Shown: positions 9,986 through 20,329 of the stretch, in pieces
How the letters are laid out: every line of letters starts with the position of its first letter
How positions within the stretch are numbered: position 1 is the first letter of the stretch
Source: a virus
Virus record (IMG/VR): IMGVR_UViG_3300047548_001372
Span: 21,329-85,328 of that record
DNA: 64,000 bases
Strand: one strand, 5' to 3'
Program-made: the position numbers and the translations under genes
Notes under the pieces: generated by a model
What the model was told of the DNA's origin: nothing
The model's input: the letters and a program-made list of their open reading frames with translations, nothing else
The model's database searches: none

Positions 9986-10246
9986 CTACACACCACTCCC
10001 CCCTCCTGCGGCACTCATCTGCGCTTGGTAATCTGCAATTACCTCCGGTGTGTGGATAACATTACACACAGCCCTTACTTTTTCTGCCTCTTTGCTATAA
10101 TCTTGGCCTGGAGCAATGGTGTGGCGGTGATAGAATCTGCTTAGCTCTTTACCATCTTCGACGATTTTGGTGGCTGTCCTGACCTGTACAATACCGCTTT
10201 CCACAACTTCAATCTGATCAACCATCGTTAGTTTTTCTAGTGGCAT
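9986..10246 (-). CDS. Small tail-fibre-associated protein
   Basis: DQIEV...VQVR...EDGKELSR.YHRH type protein, which commonly follows DYEEGTW tail-fibre genes. Confidence 0.7.
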   Translation of the reverse strand: MPLEKLTMVDQIEVVESGIVQVRTATKIVEDGKELSRFYHRHTIAPGQDYSKEAEKVRAVCNVIHTPEVIADYQAQMSAAGGGSGV

Positions 10247-10266
10247 GTTTAACTCCCTGTGATGTA

Positions 10267-11007
10267 TTAAACAAAGTAAGACATTGAAAACATAATAGCA
10301 GAGTTGTTAGCAAAATCTGCATTTGTCAACGCTGTAAGTGCTCCAGCGTTAGTTGTTTCACCTAAAGCAATATTTGTACTGTTAATAACAGCGTATGCCT
10401 GCGGAAAGTCCGCAAATGTGATGTTTTGAAACAATCCTATTGATGCTGAAGGATATGCTGAAGCTAAGTTTAGCACTGCAAATGGCAGTCCTGTTATTGT
10501 AGCAGATCCAGTAGAAGTTCCTTTGTTTGAAAGAATTACATAACCAGAAACCGTGACTTGTCTGCCAATTTTTGTATATGTTCCTGCATTGATCGTGTAA
10601 GTCACACCAACACTCGCCCCACCAAACGCAATACCAATCGTCCAGGTACCCTCCTCATAATCATTAAGTATTTCTGATGTCATCCCGGTCGCTTCTGACG
10701 TAGCAGCAAAGCTGAGACCAATACCGCTTGGAAAAACAATATTTTGATTGAATGTATTTATACCAGTAAATGTCTGATTTGCGTTCAGCCTAGCTGCTGT
10801 TCCTGTACCATCAACAGTTAGTGTATAGTTTCCTGTTGCGGGGGAAGTGGTAATTTTTATACCTCCGCCCCCGCCTTTTACTGTCGCAATATCTCCATTT
10901 GTATCTGCATAGAGATTGATAAAGTTAGTTGCTACACCCGTGGGTGGGGTAACTTGATCTGCAAGTCGAATACTCGTAATATTCGCTGCATTAATATTTA
11001 CTGTCAT
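10267..11007 (-). CDS. Tail fibre / receptor-binding protein
   Basis: ANQTFTGINTF shaft motif and C-terminal DYEEGTW...YTKIGRQVT head domain; start placed at MTVNINAA (AGGAG RBS). Confidence 0.8.
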   Translation of the reverse strand: MTVNINAANITSIRLADQVTPPTGVATNFINLYADTNGDIATVKGGGGGIKITTSPATGNYTLTVDGTGTAARLNANQTFTGINTFNQNIVFPSGIGLSFAATSEATGMTSEILNDYEEGTWTIGIAFGGASVGVTYTINAGTYTKIGRQVTVSGYVILSNKGTSTGSATITGLPFAVLNLASAYPSASIGLFQNITFADFPQAYAVINSTNIALGETTNAGALTALTNADFANNSAIMFSMSYFV

Positions 11008-11018
11008 GTAATTTTCTC

Positions 11019-14000
11019 CTAAACACAATAGCTAATAGTTGCTTCAAGAATATTAGCAACAAATCCAGTCGCCATATCTGCTGGTGCAAGAACAAGAGTA
11101 TCTCCGTCAGCTGTATTTCTAAAGTACAGATTTGCGTATTTTGTATTTGGTTGCACTGCAATTGCGCTTGGTCGATCGTCGGCAAAGTCTACTGATCGTG
11201 CAATAGATCCTGCTGCACTGGCATTAAGCACGTTTGCTGCTGTAAAAGGTAATCCTTCAACACATACTGTTCCTGAAGCACTGCCTATTGTCATAGCAGA
11301 AGTAGAAAGTACAAACCAGGCAGTAACCATATTACCAATTTTGGTATATCTACCGTATCTAATCGCGTATGTTACTGATGTAAAATTAGTTCCAGTAGTT
11401 GTGTATGTTGGTGTCCAATTACCTTCTTCATAATCAACAAGCACTTTTGATGTCATTCCAATAGCACCGCTATTACTGGAAAAATCAATACCATTTCCAG
11501 ATGAAAATGACACATTATTTGTTACAATAGAAACTGGTGCACTAATGATAAAATTGTCTGACCATAACCTAACCTCATTATCAGCAGTCATCCATAAATC
11601 TTCTGCATCTAGCCTCAAAGTATAAGTAGAGCGTATGTCAATTTCTTGTGGAAAAAATGTTGAACCACTTACATATGCTGGTGTAGCAGTAATTTCTCCG
11701 ATTTGTACAATATTATTTGATTCATAAAATGAAATACGATTAAACCTACCACCCGCAACTTCTATAAATCGTATCTCATCATTCTCCATACGAATACCTG
11801 CGCTAGCAGTTGTAATTACTGCATTTGTAGCAAACAAAGTACCGTCAGCTTCTACACGGAATGGTGCGGTGTTTGGATCTACGTTACCAGCATAAATACG
11901 CCATGTGTTACCTCTGATAAGTGCACCATTTTCATCAATCAGATCATTAGTACCATCTGTTACAACTCCAGCAGATCCGTTTAGTGCTGCAATTGAATTG
12001 TCGCTACCAGCGGTGATTGTTGTTGCTGATGAAATACGATCACCAGTAATAGTACCTGCTTGAATCTGTAATGCAGTAATACTACCAGTAGTAATCTTAC
12101 CCCCACTAATAGTAGTAACGTTAGCATTAACATCGGCAGCAGCTCCACCAGTGGTAATTTTAGTGCTTGGATCATAACTTGCCGCAAACGTAACATCACC
12201 ATCTATTGTAATTCTATTTCCAGCAATACGAATACCTTCTGTTGATGCGTTAATAGAAGTTACTACATTACCAGTTTGTACAGGGGTGAAGTTAAGATTT
12301 GTTACGGTGATAGTATTTACATCTATCTCATCACCAGTAATGCTTCTTGCAGATATTTGCGCAGCGCTGATTGTTTTTGCTGCAATGTTAATAGCTTTAA
12401 TTGATTCTGCTTCAATATCATCTGACTGCACTAACCTGCGTGGATAGAACTCTGCTATGGTGTAATTGCTTGTTGTGTTTCTATGATAGAGCCGCACAAA
12501 ACGAGCCTCCACAATAACTGGTAAATCCCAGCGTGTGGTTAAACTTGCTGAGCTAGCACTAATCGCATTACTTGCTGCCGCGGGTTGATCTGGTTGTTCA
12601 GTGAGTGTTGCTCCAGCAGCGCTTACATTTATTAAATCTCCAGCAAACCACCTCCAATTACTACCATCAATAGATGTAGCAAAATAAAATTGTGTATTTG
12701 TTGGACTAAATAATCCAGCAGTAATGGTACGATAGCGCTCTAAAAGAGCCCTACTCATTTGAGTCCAGCGATATGTTGAACCTACTGTATACGCTACTTC
12801 AGGAGATGTAAGATTGTTATCTGCTAGTACTTGTTTTAGTTGTTGATCTGGTGTTGGTGGTGTAAGGCTGTCGGTGTATTTTGCTTCAGCGCGCAACTCT
12901 TCAAGTGTTAGTGCATCCGCAATTGCGATGTTGCTTGATGTTTCAGCAGATGTTCTGCCAAACACATCAACTTCAGCAACATGCACTTGATATGATCCAT
13001 CAGTAATAATTGCAACAGAATAAATACTTTGAGGAATAAGTGCATTGTAATTACTACCTGTTTCATACCCTAATTGCTGTGCTGGAGAGCTGCTATCAAG
13101 AAGAATATTTGAACTATCTGTTAAAACAGTAATTGCTGATGGATCAGTTGTTGTAGTACCGCCAATAGTTACTCGATATTGATAAAACTCAGTAAATACA
13201 GTACGTGTATGTGCAACTGTTGCAGTTAGCACATCAAAATACACTTGCAGTGTAACTGCATCTGGTTGTGTAGGTGCTGGTGCTGTAGCACTTGCAGTAG
13301 CAGCTGATGTGGATATTTGTCCTAGCGCATCAATTGCCCATAACTCAACATTCAGCGTTGCATCCGCTGCACCACTATGTTCGATCCTGTTTTGTGCTAG
13401 TGTATACACATACCTATTTGTGTATCCTATCTCTCTAGAAAGATTATCTACCTCCATCCTGTAACCGACTACACTTGTTGAGACAGTCCAATTGACAACC
13501 AAGTCTGGTGCAGTAAAGTTTAACGTTAAATTTTCTGGTTGTGCAGGAGGGCTTAACGTAGCAGTTCCAGTTACCGCAGTAGGTGATACTCTGCCCAAAC
13601 CATTCACACCTACAATATTCCATGATAATGTAGGATCAGCAGTAGTGTTATGTTCTGCGCGGTTTTGATCAAGTGTATAGGTATAGGATGTACCAGTAAC
13701 GGTGCGGGCTACATTGTCAATTGTCAAACGATAGCTAGTAGTATTTGCGAGAGGATCCCATTTCCATGTACACTCACCAGTTGCACCATTCCAAGTAGCA
13801 CTTACATTCTGTACTGTTCCAGGATCATTCAGTGTAGCGGTATCTGATGTAGCGGTAGTAGATACTTGACCGAAAGCATCAACACCAACGATATTCCATG
13901 ATAATACATTATCTGCTGTACCGTTGTGCTCTGATGCGTTCTGTTGAACACTGTAGGTATAGGTAGTGCTGTATACATCTCTGGTGATGTTATCAATAGT

Positions 14001-14855
14001 GAGTCTATAGTAACTTGCCCGCGCAGCAGCATTCCAGCGCCATGTTGCACTGCCTGTAACAAAATCAAATGTAGGAGATCCAGCTACCAATGTAACATTT
14101 GCAGGAGTACTAAGCGTTGTAGTTAGGTTGACAGGAGTGCTATAAACGGTACCACTTGAAGCCCAACTACGTGCTTCAAGGATAACGTAGACTGATGGAT
14201 CACCTCCCGTAGAATCACTTATATTTTGTGCGCGAGTATAGATATATGATTGACCACTAACAAACACTGTTCTGTAAAGTGTAGTTTGTGCGGAACTGTT
14301 AAATATACGTAGCCTCACATCACGAAAGTTTACATCAGTAGGATTAGTCCAGGTAATAGTAAGATCACCAGTAAGACTATCCCATGTACCAGCGGGTGAA
14401 CTTACTGGTGCTGTTGCAACTGCATCATCTTCGCTCTCTATTTGTACGGTGTCTGTCCATTGGCTAACGACGTTTCTATGCACAGCCCGCACACGAAAAC
14501 GATAAAATGTTTTTAGCCCAACAGAAATGGTAGCAGCAATATTATACGAAATTACACGCTGTGGATCAGAGAATGTTTTTGTCGTATTGTTCCATTCACT
14601 ACTTCTACCATACTCAATTTCATAGTAGGTTGGAACAATTCCTACAGGAGAACGCCATGTAAGATTGATGTATGCTTCAGGTTTTACTGGAGACCGCGCA
14701 ATACCACCATTTGCTGCTTGTAGGTTTGTTGGTTTTGCAATATTTCCTACTGGTGGTGGTACAACAGTCACGGACTGACTACGTAATGATCCACCGCCAG
14801 TTATATCTGGTTTTGTATCAATGATACGTACGGTATCTTTTTTTGATCTTGGCAT
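11019..14855 (-). CDS. Central tail fibre / host-specificity protein with FN3-like repeats
   Basis: 1278 aa; FN3 (YRFRVRAV); about 90-aa repeats (W.W...YRLTIDN...YTY...QN..EH...D..LSWNIVGV); ITG/ITA short repeats; C-terminal DYEEGNWTP...YTKIG domain. Confidence 0.85.
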   Translation of the reverse strand: MPRSKKDTVRIIDTKPDITGGGSLRSQSVTVVPPPVGNIAKPTNLQAANGGIARSPVKPEAYINLTWRSPVGIVPTYYEIEYGRSSEWNNTTKTFSDPQRVISYNIAATISVGLKTFYRFRVRAVHRNVVSQWTDTVQIESEDDAVATAPVSSPAGTWDSLTGDLTITWTNPTDVNFRDVRLRIFNSSAQTTLYRTVFVSGQSYIYTRAQNISDSTGGDPSVYVILEARSWASSGTVYSTPVNLTTTLSTPANVTLVAGSPTFDFVTGSATWRWNAAARASYYRLTIDNITRDVYSTTYTYSVQQNASEHNGTADNVLSWNIVGVDAFGQVSTTATSDTATLNDPGTVQNVSATWNGATGECTWKWDPLANTTSYRLTIDNVARTVTGTSYTYTLDQNRAEHNTTADPTLSWNIVGVNGLGRVSPTAVTGTATLSPPAQPENLTLNFTAPDLVVNWTVSTSVVGYRMEVDNLSREIGYTNRYVYTLAQNRIEHSGAADATLNVELWAIDALGQISTSAATASATAPAPTQPDAVTLQVYFDVLTATVAHTRTVFTEFYQYRVTIGGTTTTDPSAITVLTDSSNILLDSSSPAQQLGYETGSNYNALIPQSIYSVAIITDGSYQVHVAEVDVFGRTSAETSSNIAIADALTLEELRAEAKYTDSLTPPTPDQQLKQVLADNNLTSPEVAYTVGSTYRWTQMSRALLERYRTITAGLFSPTNTQFYFATSIDGSNWRWFAGDLINVSAAGATLTEQPDQPAAASNAISASSASLTTRWDLPVIVEARFVRLYHRNTTSNYTIAEFYPRRLVQSDDIEAESIKAINIAAKTISAAQISARSITGDEIDVNTITVTNLNFTPVQTGNVVTSINASTEGIRIAGNRITIDGDVTFAASYDPSTKITTGGAAADVNANVTTISGGKITTGSITALQIQAGTITGDRISSATTITAGSDNSIAALNGSAGVVTDGTNDLIDENGALIRGNTWRIYAGNVDPNTAPFRVEADGTLFATNAVITTASAGIRMENDEIRFIEVAGGRFNRISFYESNNIVQIGEITATPAYVSGSTFFPQEIDIRSTYTLRLDAEDLWMTADNEVRLWSDNFIISAPVSIVTNNVSFSSGNGIDFSSNSGAIGMTSKVLVDYEEGNWTPTYTTTGTNFTSVTYAIRYGRYTKIGNMVTAWFVLSTSAMTIGSASGTVCVEGLPFTAANVLNASAAGSIARSVDFADDRPSAIAVQPNTKYANLYFRNTADGDTLVLAPADMATGFVANILEATISYCV

Positions 14856-14880
14856 TGATTTTTACCTTTGTGCGCGAATG

Positions 14881-16404
14881 TTATACATCACTCAAAAACT
14901 CAGCAGCATATACTACATCACCACGTAAGAAATACTCTACCCCAGGAAATAGTCCTTCAAATTGGTTAAGAGAAAACACCTTTGTTTCTAAATCATTACT
15001 AGTTAGCGTATGCTCATAATCATACGTAATATCAATATCTACTTCATCACCACTGATTGGTTTATATGCTGTTGTACCATATCCTAGTTTTATATTTCTT
15101 CCGCGCACCCAAAGAACATCACCAACACGTACTTTTCGATGCTGATATTCTTCTTCAAAGAAATCTAACTGAAAATCATCCACCGCAAATGATGAACGAA
15201 ATATTTCTGCTTTATTCCAGACATTGGTATTGGTATTAATCAGCGTTTCAGCCGCATTTGCAATAGAAATATAGGTATTTAGTGAAGGAATAATTGTATC
15301 ATAACCACTATTTGCTAGTGAAGTAAATGTTGTTACCGAAGTTACTGCGGTTTCTGTAGCTTTATATACTTCTACACCACTTAAAATAACACGATCTGCT
15401 CGTGTAGATGTGCCGTTATCAAAATCTTGATCAATGCGTACAAATAAATCACTGTTTGCTGCCGGAGGATTACCAGTTGATGGATTAACAAACGTGTTTA
15501 ATGGAAGTTCGATTACACCATTCGTTGGGTATGATGTATCTTGCGGTATTGTATAGGATTCAATATGACCGTTTACGTTAATACGCAGCCTGGTACTTGT
15601 GTGATAGCAAAAGTACGTAATGTATATTCGTAGGTGTGTTGCATCTCCAGTGTTAATTTTTGTATAATATAATTCTAATGTTGCTGGTCCACCATTATTT
15701 TCATACCGCGCACACATTACCATTTTGTAACATGGTTGTGGATTCATCGGAACAATAGACATCCTGTCAACTAACCAGTCTAATTTATTTGAAAGATCAT
15801 TTAACTTTGATGTGTTTAACGTAACTGGTGTAGTAGGCCCTGGAGTAGCAAATGCAGTGAGTGTGGGGTTAACAATCGGTAAACTTACTGTATTTAACGG
15901 GAATACATATGCGTCAAACACAGTAATAAGACCAGTAAGGTCATTTGGATCAGCAGTATTGGCAGGATCATAAGAAACCTTTACAAGTACTGTTACAATT
16001 TCTCTATCAGTAAAACCATATGTATTGATAGGTAAATCAATAGAGAATGGATATGGGACAGATGTATTTGGTGGAACTCCGACAATATCTGCACGCTGTG
16101 AATGACGTACGGTATCATTAAGTAAAATCTGTAATTGATTTCCAGATCCCATGTTTCCTGGTGTGAGAATGTTTATAACAAATCGCGCAGTAGTCATCCC
16201 TGTGCGATACTGAAATGCTCCACGAAAAATCCATGTCTCTGTAACCCATGGCCCTGATATTCGTGCAAACGGAACAACTCCAGGATACCTTCTGCTCATT
16301 GACTCGACGATTGTAGCATTCGTTGCAAGTGTATTTAGGTTTGTTGCAGAAAGTGGTGTGTTTGCATAAAATGTAGGGCTATCAGTGTATGCTTGAATTG
16401 CCAT
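14881..16404 (-). CDS. Minor tail / baseplate protein
   Basis: 507 aa, beta-rich, TPLSATNLN and LNTSKLNDL motifs; tail-tip position. Confidence 0.65.
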   Translation of the reverse strand: MAIQAYTDSPTFYANTPLSATNLNTLATNATIVESMSRRYPGVVPFARISGPWVTETWIFRGAFQYRTGMTTARFVINILTPGNMGSGNQLQILLNDTVRHSQRADIVGVPPNTSVPYPFSIDLPINTYGFTDREIVTVLVKVSYDPANTADPNDLTGLITVFDAYVFPLNTVSLPIVNPTLTAFATPGPTTPVTLNTSKLNDLSNKLDWLVDRMSIVPMNPQPCYKMVMCARYENNGGPATLELYYTKINTGDATHLRIYITYFCYHTSTRLRINVNGHIESYTIPQDTSYPTNGVIELPLNTFVNPSTGNPPAANSDLFVRIDQDFDNGTSTRADRVILSGVEVYKATETAVTSVTTFTSLANSGYDTIIPSLNTYISIANAAETLINTNTNVWNKAEIFRSSFAVDDFQLDFFEEEYQHRKVRVGDVLWVRGRNIKLGYGTTAYKPISGDEVDIDITYDYEHTLTSNDLETKVFSLNQFEGLFPGVEYFLRGDVVYAAEFLSDV

Positions 16405-17975
16405 TAGAATGACACCTTTTTGTTATCTGTAGAAACATAGCTGTTTCCAACAATATACATGTCATTTGTTTGTAACATACCATCAACCGTAATAAGATCA
16501 ATATCCATAGATGTACCAGTTGCATTATGGCCTATTCTGATAATACGATAGAGTGTGCTGTCTGTAACAAAAGATGTACCATTGTATGTCATATTATCAG
16601 AGTTGAAGATTTGTACTAATTCCCCCACAAATCGATCTGGATCATAAATGCAATTTGACAGGGTAATAATTCTTCGCGCACTACTAAAAAACGTGTGTAC
16701 CATAGTTGCTAACTGAAGCGCATGTGATCTACTTTGAATGTACGGGTTGTCTTCTACAGTCTGTACTGGGGTGGTAGATCCAACCTCAACCTCGCCTTCC
16801 TCATCTACGGCCAATGGCTTTCCTCGTAATGTGATGCCAGTCATTACTACAGGAAAACTACCACTATTCGTGATGCTGAGTGTAACTTGGCCAGCATATT
16901 GACTCGTTACTGTTACCGTAAGTGTAGCAGAAGCACTTGTAATTGTTTGAAATGCAGAAGCTACACTGTTAGTAATTGGTTCATACTCAAACACTGGTAA
17001 CGATGTATTACATGTAAATGTTTTTGTTTCAGAAGGAAGAAACAAATAGGGAGTTTTATCAGAATACACGTCCTGTAATGGCTGTATTCTACGAGTTGCA
17101 AACTTACACGTTACTTTTCCAGCAATATTTTCAATAGATAATGATTTAGAAAAACTAGTATACGTACTTTCACTAAAGTTATAGTATCCTGTATACCCAG
17201 TTGTATCAGCAAAAGCTAATGGATTAATAAACCGAAGAACGGAATACCCTACCCCACCATTAATATCTACGGATTCATAAATCTGCCCACCTGTTGCGCG
17301 GGCAAGAAGAAACATCTCATCTACTAAGTTTTCACCAGAAACCCACAGCCACTCTGGATTGATAAGGCTTTGATTACAAGAGTACCAGAATGGAGGATTA
17401 GAAGCACTGTAATCAACAAATCTTTCCCAGGGTCTACCGCCAGCTTCCCAGAAAATCCTGTTGATAATACCAGCAGCATATCCAGGAGCAGAGGGATCTT
17501 CGATACTTGAAGCAGTAGTTAGTGTAGCAATTGGCCTATTATAAAAAATTGTAGTGTAAAACTTAATATTTCGAAAATACTCAAGCACACCTACAATTTC
17601 ATAGGTGAGATCTTGACCAGTAATAGTGTATGATTTAATTACTCCAACAAAAATTGGTTTATACGCACTTGTTTCAAATGCTTGAGAAATGCGAATACGT
17701 CGGTTAATCCAGTAACTATTGTCATAGCCTTGAGTGATAGCTGGATACGTAGTTTTTAATACTAAAAAACGCAGAAGTATTACTGATGCAGATGGTTCAA
17801 CATACGATCCAAAAGAAAGTCCATTTTGAATATTACCAGAACTAATCATACTTCCATTAATACTAAGGATATGATCATCTGGTATTTGATAAAATGTTCC
17901 TTGATGATCTATTTCTACACGATACTTTGGTTGATTAAAGTTTCGTGTGATTTGTGCTCTTGTTGGTAATGTCAT
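16404..17975 (-). CDS. Baseplate hub / Tal-like tail-tip protein
   Basis: 523 aa, IFVGVIK, EDNPYIQS motifs; second gene after the tape measure. Confidence 0.7.
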   Translation of the reverse strand: MTLPTRAQITRNFNQPKYRVEIDHQGTFYQIPDDHILSINGSMISSGNIQNGLSFGSYVEPSASVILLRFLVLKTTYPAITQGYDNSYWINRRIRISQAFETSAYKPIFVGVIKSYTITGQDLTYEIVGVLEYFRNIKFYTTIFYNRPIATLTTASSIEDPSAPGYAAGIINRIFWEAGGRPWERFVDYSASNPPFWYSCNQSLINPEWLWVSGENLVDEMFLLARATGGQIYESVDINGGVGYSVLRFINPLAFADTTGYTGYYNFSESTYTSFSKSLSIENIAGKVTCKFATRRIQPLQDVYSDKTPYLFLPSETKTFTCNTSLPVFEYEPITNSVASAFQTITSASATLTVTVTSQYAGQVTLSITNSGSFPVVMTGITLRGKPLAVDEEGEVEVGSTTPVQTVEDNPYIQSRSHALQLATMVHTFFSSARRIITLSNCIYDPDRFVGELVQIFNSDNMTYNGTSFVTDSTLYRIIRIGHNATGTSMDIDLITVDGMLQTNDMYIVGNSYVSTDNKKVSF

Positions 17976-17996
17976 GATGTTTCCTTGTTCTACATA

Positions 17997-18053
17997 ACGC
18001 GCACATTATTCTACTTTTTAACAAGCTCTTTTCTAACAAAATAATGTGCGCGT
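17997..18053. repeat. 14-bp inverted repeat containing the CGCGCA motif
   Basis: ACGCGCACATTATT (17997-18010) and AATAATGTGCGCGT (18040-18053). Confidence 0.85.
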
Positions 18054-18057
18054 CATA

Positions 18058-18408
18058 TTATACTTGCTCTAACCTCAACGTAACATCATAATAGAAAAAC
18101 CCATCTCTACGCATCTTATCAGCAGCTAATGTTACTTCAAAGCCACCAGGAGGAACAAGGACAGTATAATTGGTACTGTTTTCATCAGTAAATGTAAAAC
18201 TACTCGTAAGCTCTGCAATTGTTCTAATTCCTGATAAATCAGTCTCTGGTAAACTTGTCCACACAAGCTCCCAGTTACGTTTATTTGCGCGGTGATAGTA
18301 GTATAGTGTACCATTCGCCGCACGCTTGAGATCACCAATTTTATCCAATGAAGACGTAATAGCAGTTGGATAAAAATTAGTACTGTTTAATACAATATAA
18401 TTATTCAT
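18058..18408 (-). CDS. Distal tail (Dit-like) protein
   Basis: 116 aa right after the tape measure; RAANGTL...KRNWELVW...YDVTLRLEQV. Confidence 0.7.
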   Translation of the reverse strand: MNNYIVLNSTNFYPTAITSSLDKIGDLKRAANGTLYYYHRANKRNWELVWTSLPETDLSGIRTIAELTSSFTFTDENSTNYTVLVPPGGFEVTLAADKMRRDGFFYYDVTLRLEQV

Positions 18409-18415
18409 AATTTAT

Positions 18416-20329
18416 TTATCTTGAAACAATCTGAGGAGCAGGCATACGAATCTTACCAATAGCATCTACTGTTGTTCCTGCACTATCGTATACTGCGGTA
18501 ATAACTTCAGCTAGTTTATTTTCTAGCCGCGCACCAATAGTCTGTAGTGTTGCAGTAAGTACACGATCGTGTACTTCAGATAGTGCTTGCATTGATGTTA
18601 CCGCAGTAGGGGTTGCGTTTGATGGCGCTACTGCTGAAGGTTGTGGGGCTTGAATAACAACATTTGGTGTGTCAATCTTCAACTCTGGTACTGTATACTC
18701 AGTAGCAGCAGGAGCTGTTGGTGTTTCTGGTGCTAATGCTGGTGGTGCCGAATTAGTCGTAATTCCTACTGCTTTATTTGCTGCATCCTTACCAAGCAAT
18801 TTATAAATATCATAGTAAAGATCTAATTGCTTTTGTAGCAGTTGATTTTCTTCACCAATAACTTTCTTTGATCGTTCAGCAGCAGTAATTTTTGCATCAG
18901 CTTGATCCTTTGCGGCAGTAGCAATTTTCTGCGTTTGCTCTCCATATTGCTTTGCTTCTTCAGCAAGTTGATCGGCAAGCTCTGTCTGGTTTTTATCTCC
19001 GCCCTCCATAAGTTGCTTCAGCTCTTCAGCTTGTGCATCTTCAAGCAGCTTTTTAATACCTTGTAGATATTCTAGCTTTGCTTGCTTTGTTGTTTCTGGA
19101 AGATCCTTATCTGTGCGCACATCAGCCATTTCTTTTTCAAGATCAATCATCTCATTTAATTGATCTTGGCGCAGATCAAGAAACTCTTTTGAAAGTGCTG
19201 CTTTGCCTTCTTGTGCAATGCGCTGTGCTTCTAGAAAGATTTGCTCATATTGCGCGGAAAAGGTAGTAACATCAATACCCTCTACATTAGTAAGTGATTG
19301 ATAGAAGGATGCTCTACTACGTCGTTTATCACGTTCGTTGGTTTGTTCTGCTTCTTTCTGTTTCCGCGCAAACTCTTTCTGGATATCCAACACATTTTGT
19401 TGGTATTCCTTCTCAGCATCCTCCATATCGCTATAAAACTCTGTGCGAATATCAGAAAGCTCATAAAGTAACTTTTCCAGCTCGGTTACTTGCCCTTCCT
19501 TTGTAGCAGTACTACCACCCCCACCACCAGTACCCGCACGCTCTCGTGCTAGTTGTTCTTCTAGTTGTTTAATTTGGCTAAGCGTTGACCAGTACTCTTT
19601 GTTGCTTGTAGTTAATCCTTGTAGCTTTGTGTTTAGTGATGCAATTTTACCAGCAGTACCTAATAAGCTAAACTCATAATCAGCTTGTGCCTCTGCTGCA
19701 TCAGCTGTTGCTTTTGCTGTATCTTCTAAAACAGTTGCGTACTCCTCCATCTGCGAGCCAATAGCCGCCCAATCAAGAGACTCCAAACCACCAAACATGT
19801 CTACTGCACTTTCTGTAATAAGCGTTTGTAGTTTATCTGCACCCCCTTCAACTTCACCAGCAATATTTCTTGCGCTTACTTGAGCTTGCCAATTTTTTAC
19901 TTGTTTAAGTGCATTTACAAGCAAAAGAGCATCAGCTTTTGCAATACCAAAGTTTGATCCCATAAGTGCAGCAGCTTCAGCAGTGCTTATTAGTCCAGAA
20001 GCAGCCATCTGTGCAATTTCTGCGAGGGTATTTTGTGCTTCGGAAAGCAGTGCTGTTTCAGCGCTAGCAACAATTGTTGCGGAAGCATTTTCGTTTGCTT
20101 TGGTAGTAAGTTCTTGAAGTTTTATCCCTGCTTGAGCCATAGCGCTAACAGAATCATTGAGGGCTTGACGGCGGTTTTCTTCTCCTACAATAAGCGATTG
20201 AATTGATGCGTATGCTTGTTGCTCGGTTACAATACCAGAGTTCATTGCATCTACGTAATTTAAAATACCTGTACTAATTTCTGGATATTTATTAATTAAT
20301 CCTTGAATATAAACTTTCTCCTTGATCAA
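18416..20329 (-). CDS. Tape measure protein, C-terminal part (start uncertain)
   Basis: Ala/Glu/Lys coiled coils and GTGGGGGS linker; overlaps the N-terminal part in the +1 frame; TTG start has no clear RBS. Confidence 0.75.
   Translation of the reverse strand: MIKEKVYIQGLINKYPEISTGILNYVDAMNSGIVTEQQAYASIQSLIVGEENRRQALNDSVSAMAQAGIKLQELTTKANENASATIVASAETALLSEAQNTLAEIAQMAASGLISTAEAAALMGSNFGIAKADALLLVNALKQVKNWQAQVSARNIAGEVEGGADKLQTLITESAVDMFGGLESLDWAAIGSQMEEYATVLEDTAKATADAAEAQADYEFSLLGTAGKIASLNTKLQGLTTSNKEYWSTLSQIKQLEEQLARERAGTGGGGGSTATKEGQVTELEKLLYELSDIRTEFYSDMEDAEKEYQQNVLDIQKEFARKQKEAEQTNERDKRRSRASFYQSLTNVEGIDVTTFSAQYEQIFLEAQRIAQEGKAALSKEFLDLRQDQLNEMIDLEKEMADVRTDKDLPETTKQAKLEYLQGIKKLLEDAQAEELKQLMEGGDKNQTELADQLAEEAKQYGEQTQKIATAAKDQADAKITAAERSKKVIGEENQLLQKQLDLYYDIYKLLGKDAANKAVGITTNSAPPALAPETPTAPAATEYTVPELKIDTPNVVIQAPQPSAVAPSNATPTAVTSMQALSEVHDRVLTATLQTIGARLENKLAEVITAVYDSAGTTVDAIGKIRMPAPQIVSR

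Noticed and set aside
10031-10039. Single TGTGGATAA DnaA box
   Set aside because: Isolated and inside a coding region; plausible by chance.
10267-11500. Diversity-generating retroelement template/variable pair in the duplicated fibre tips
   Set aside because: Similarity is at protein level, with no near-identical DNA repeat, no adenine-specific mismatches and no reverse transcriptase in the window.
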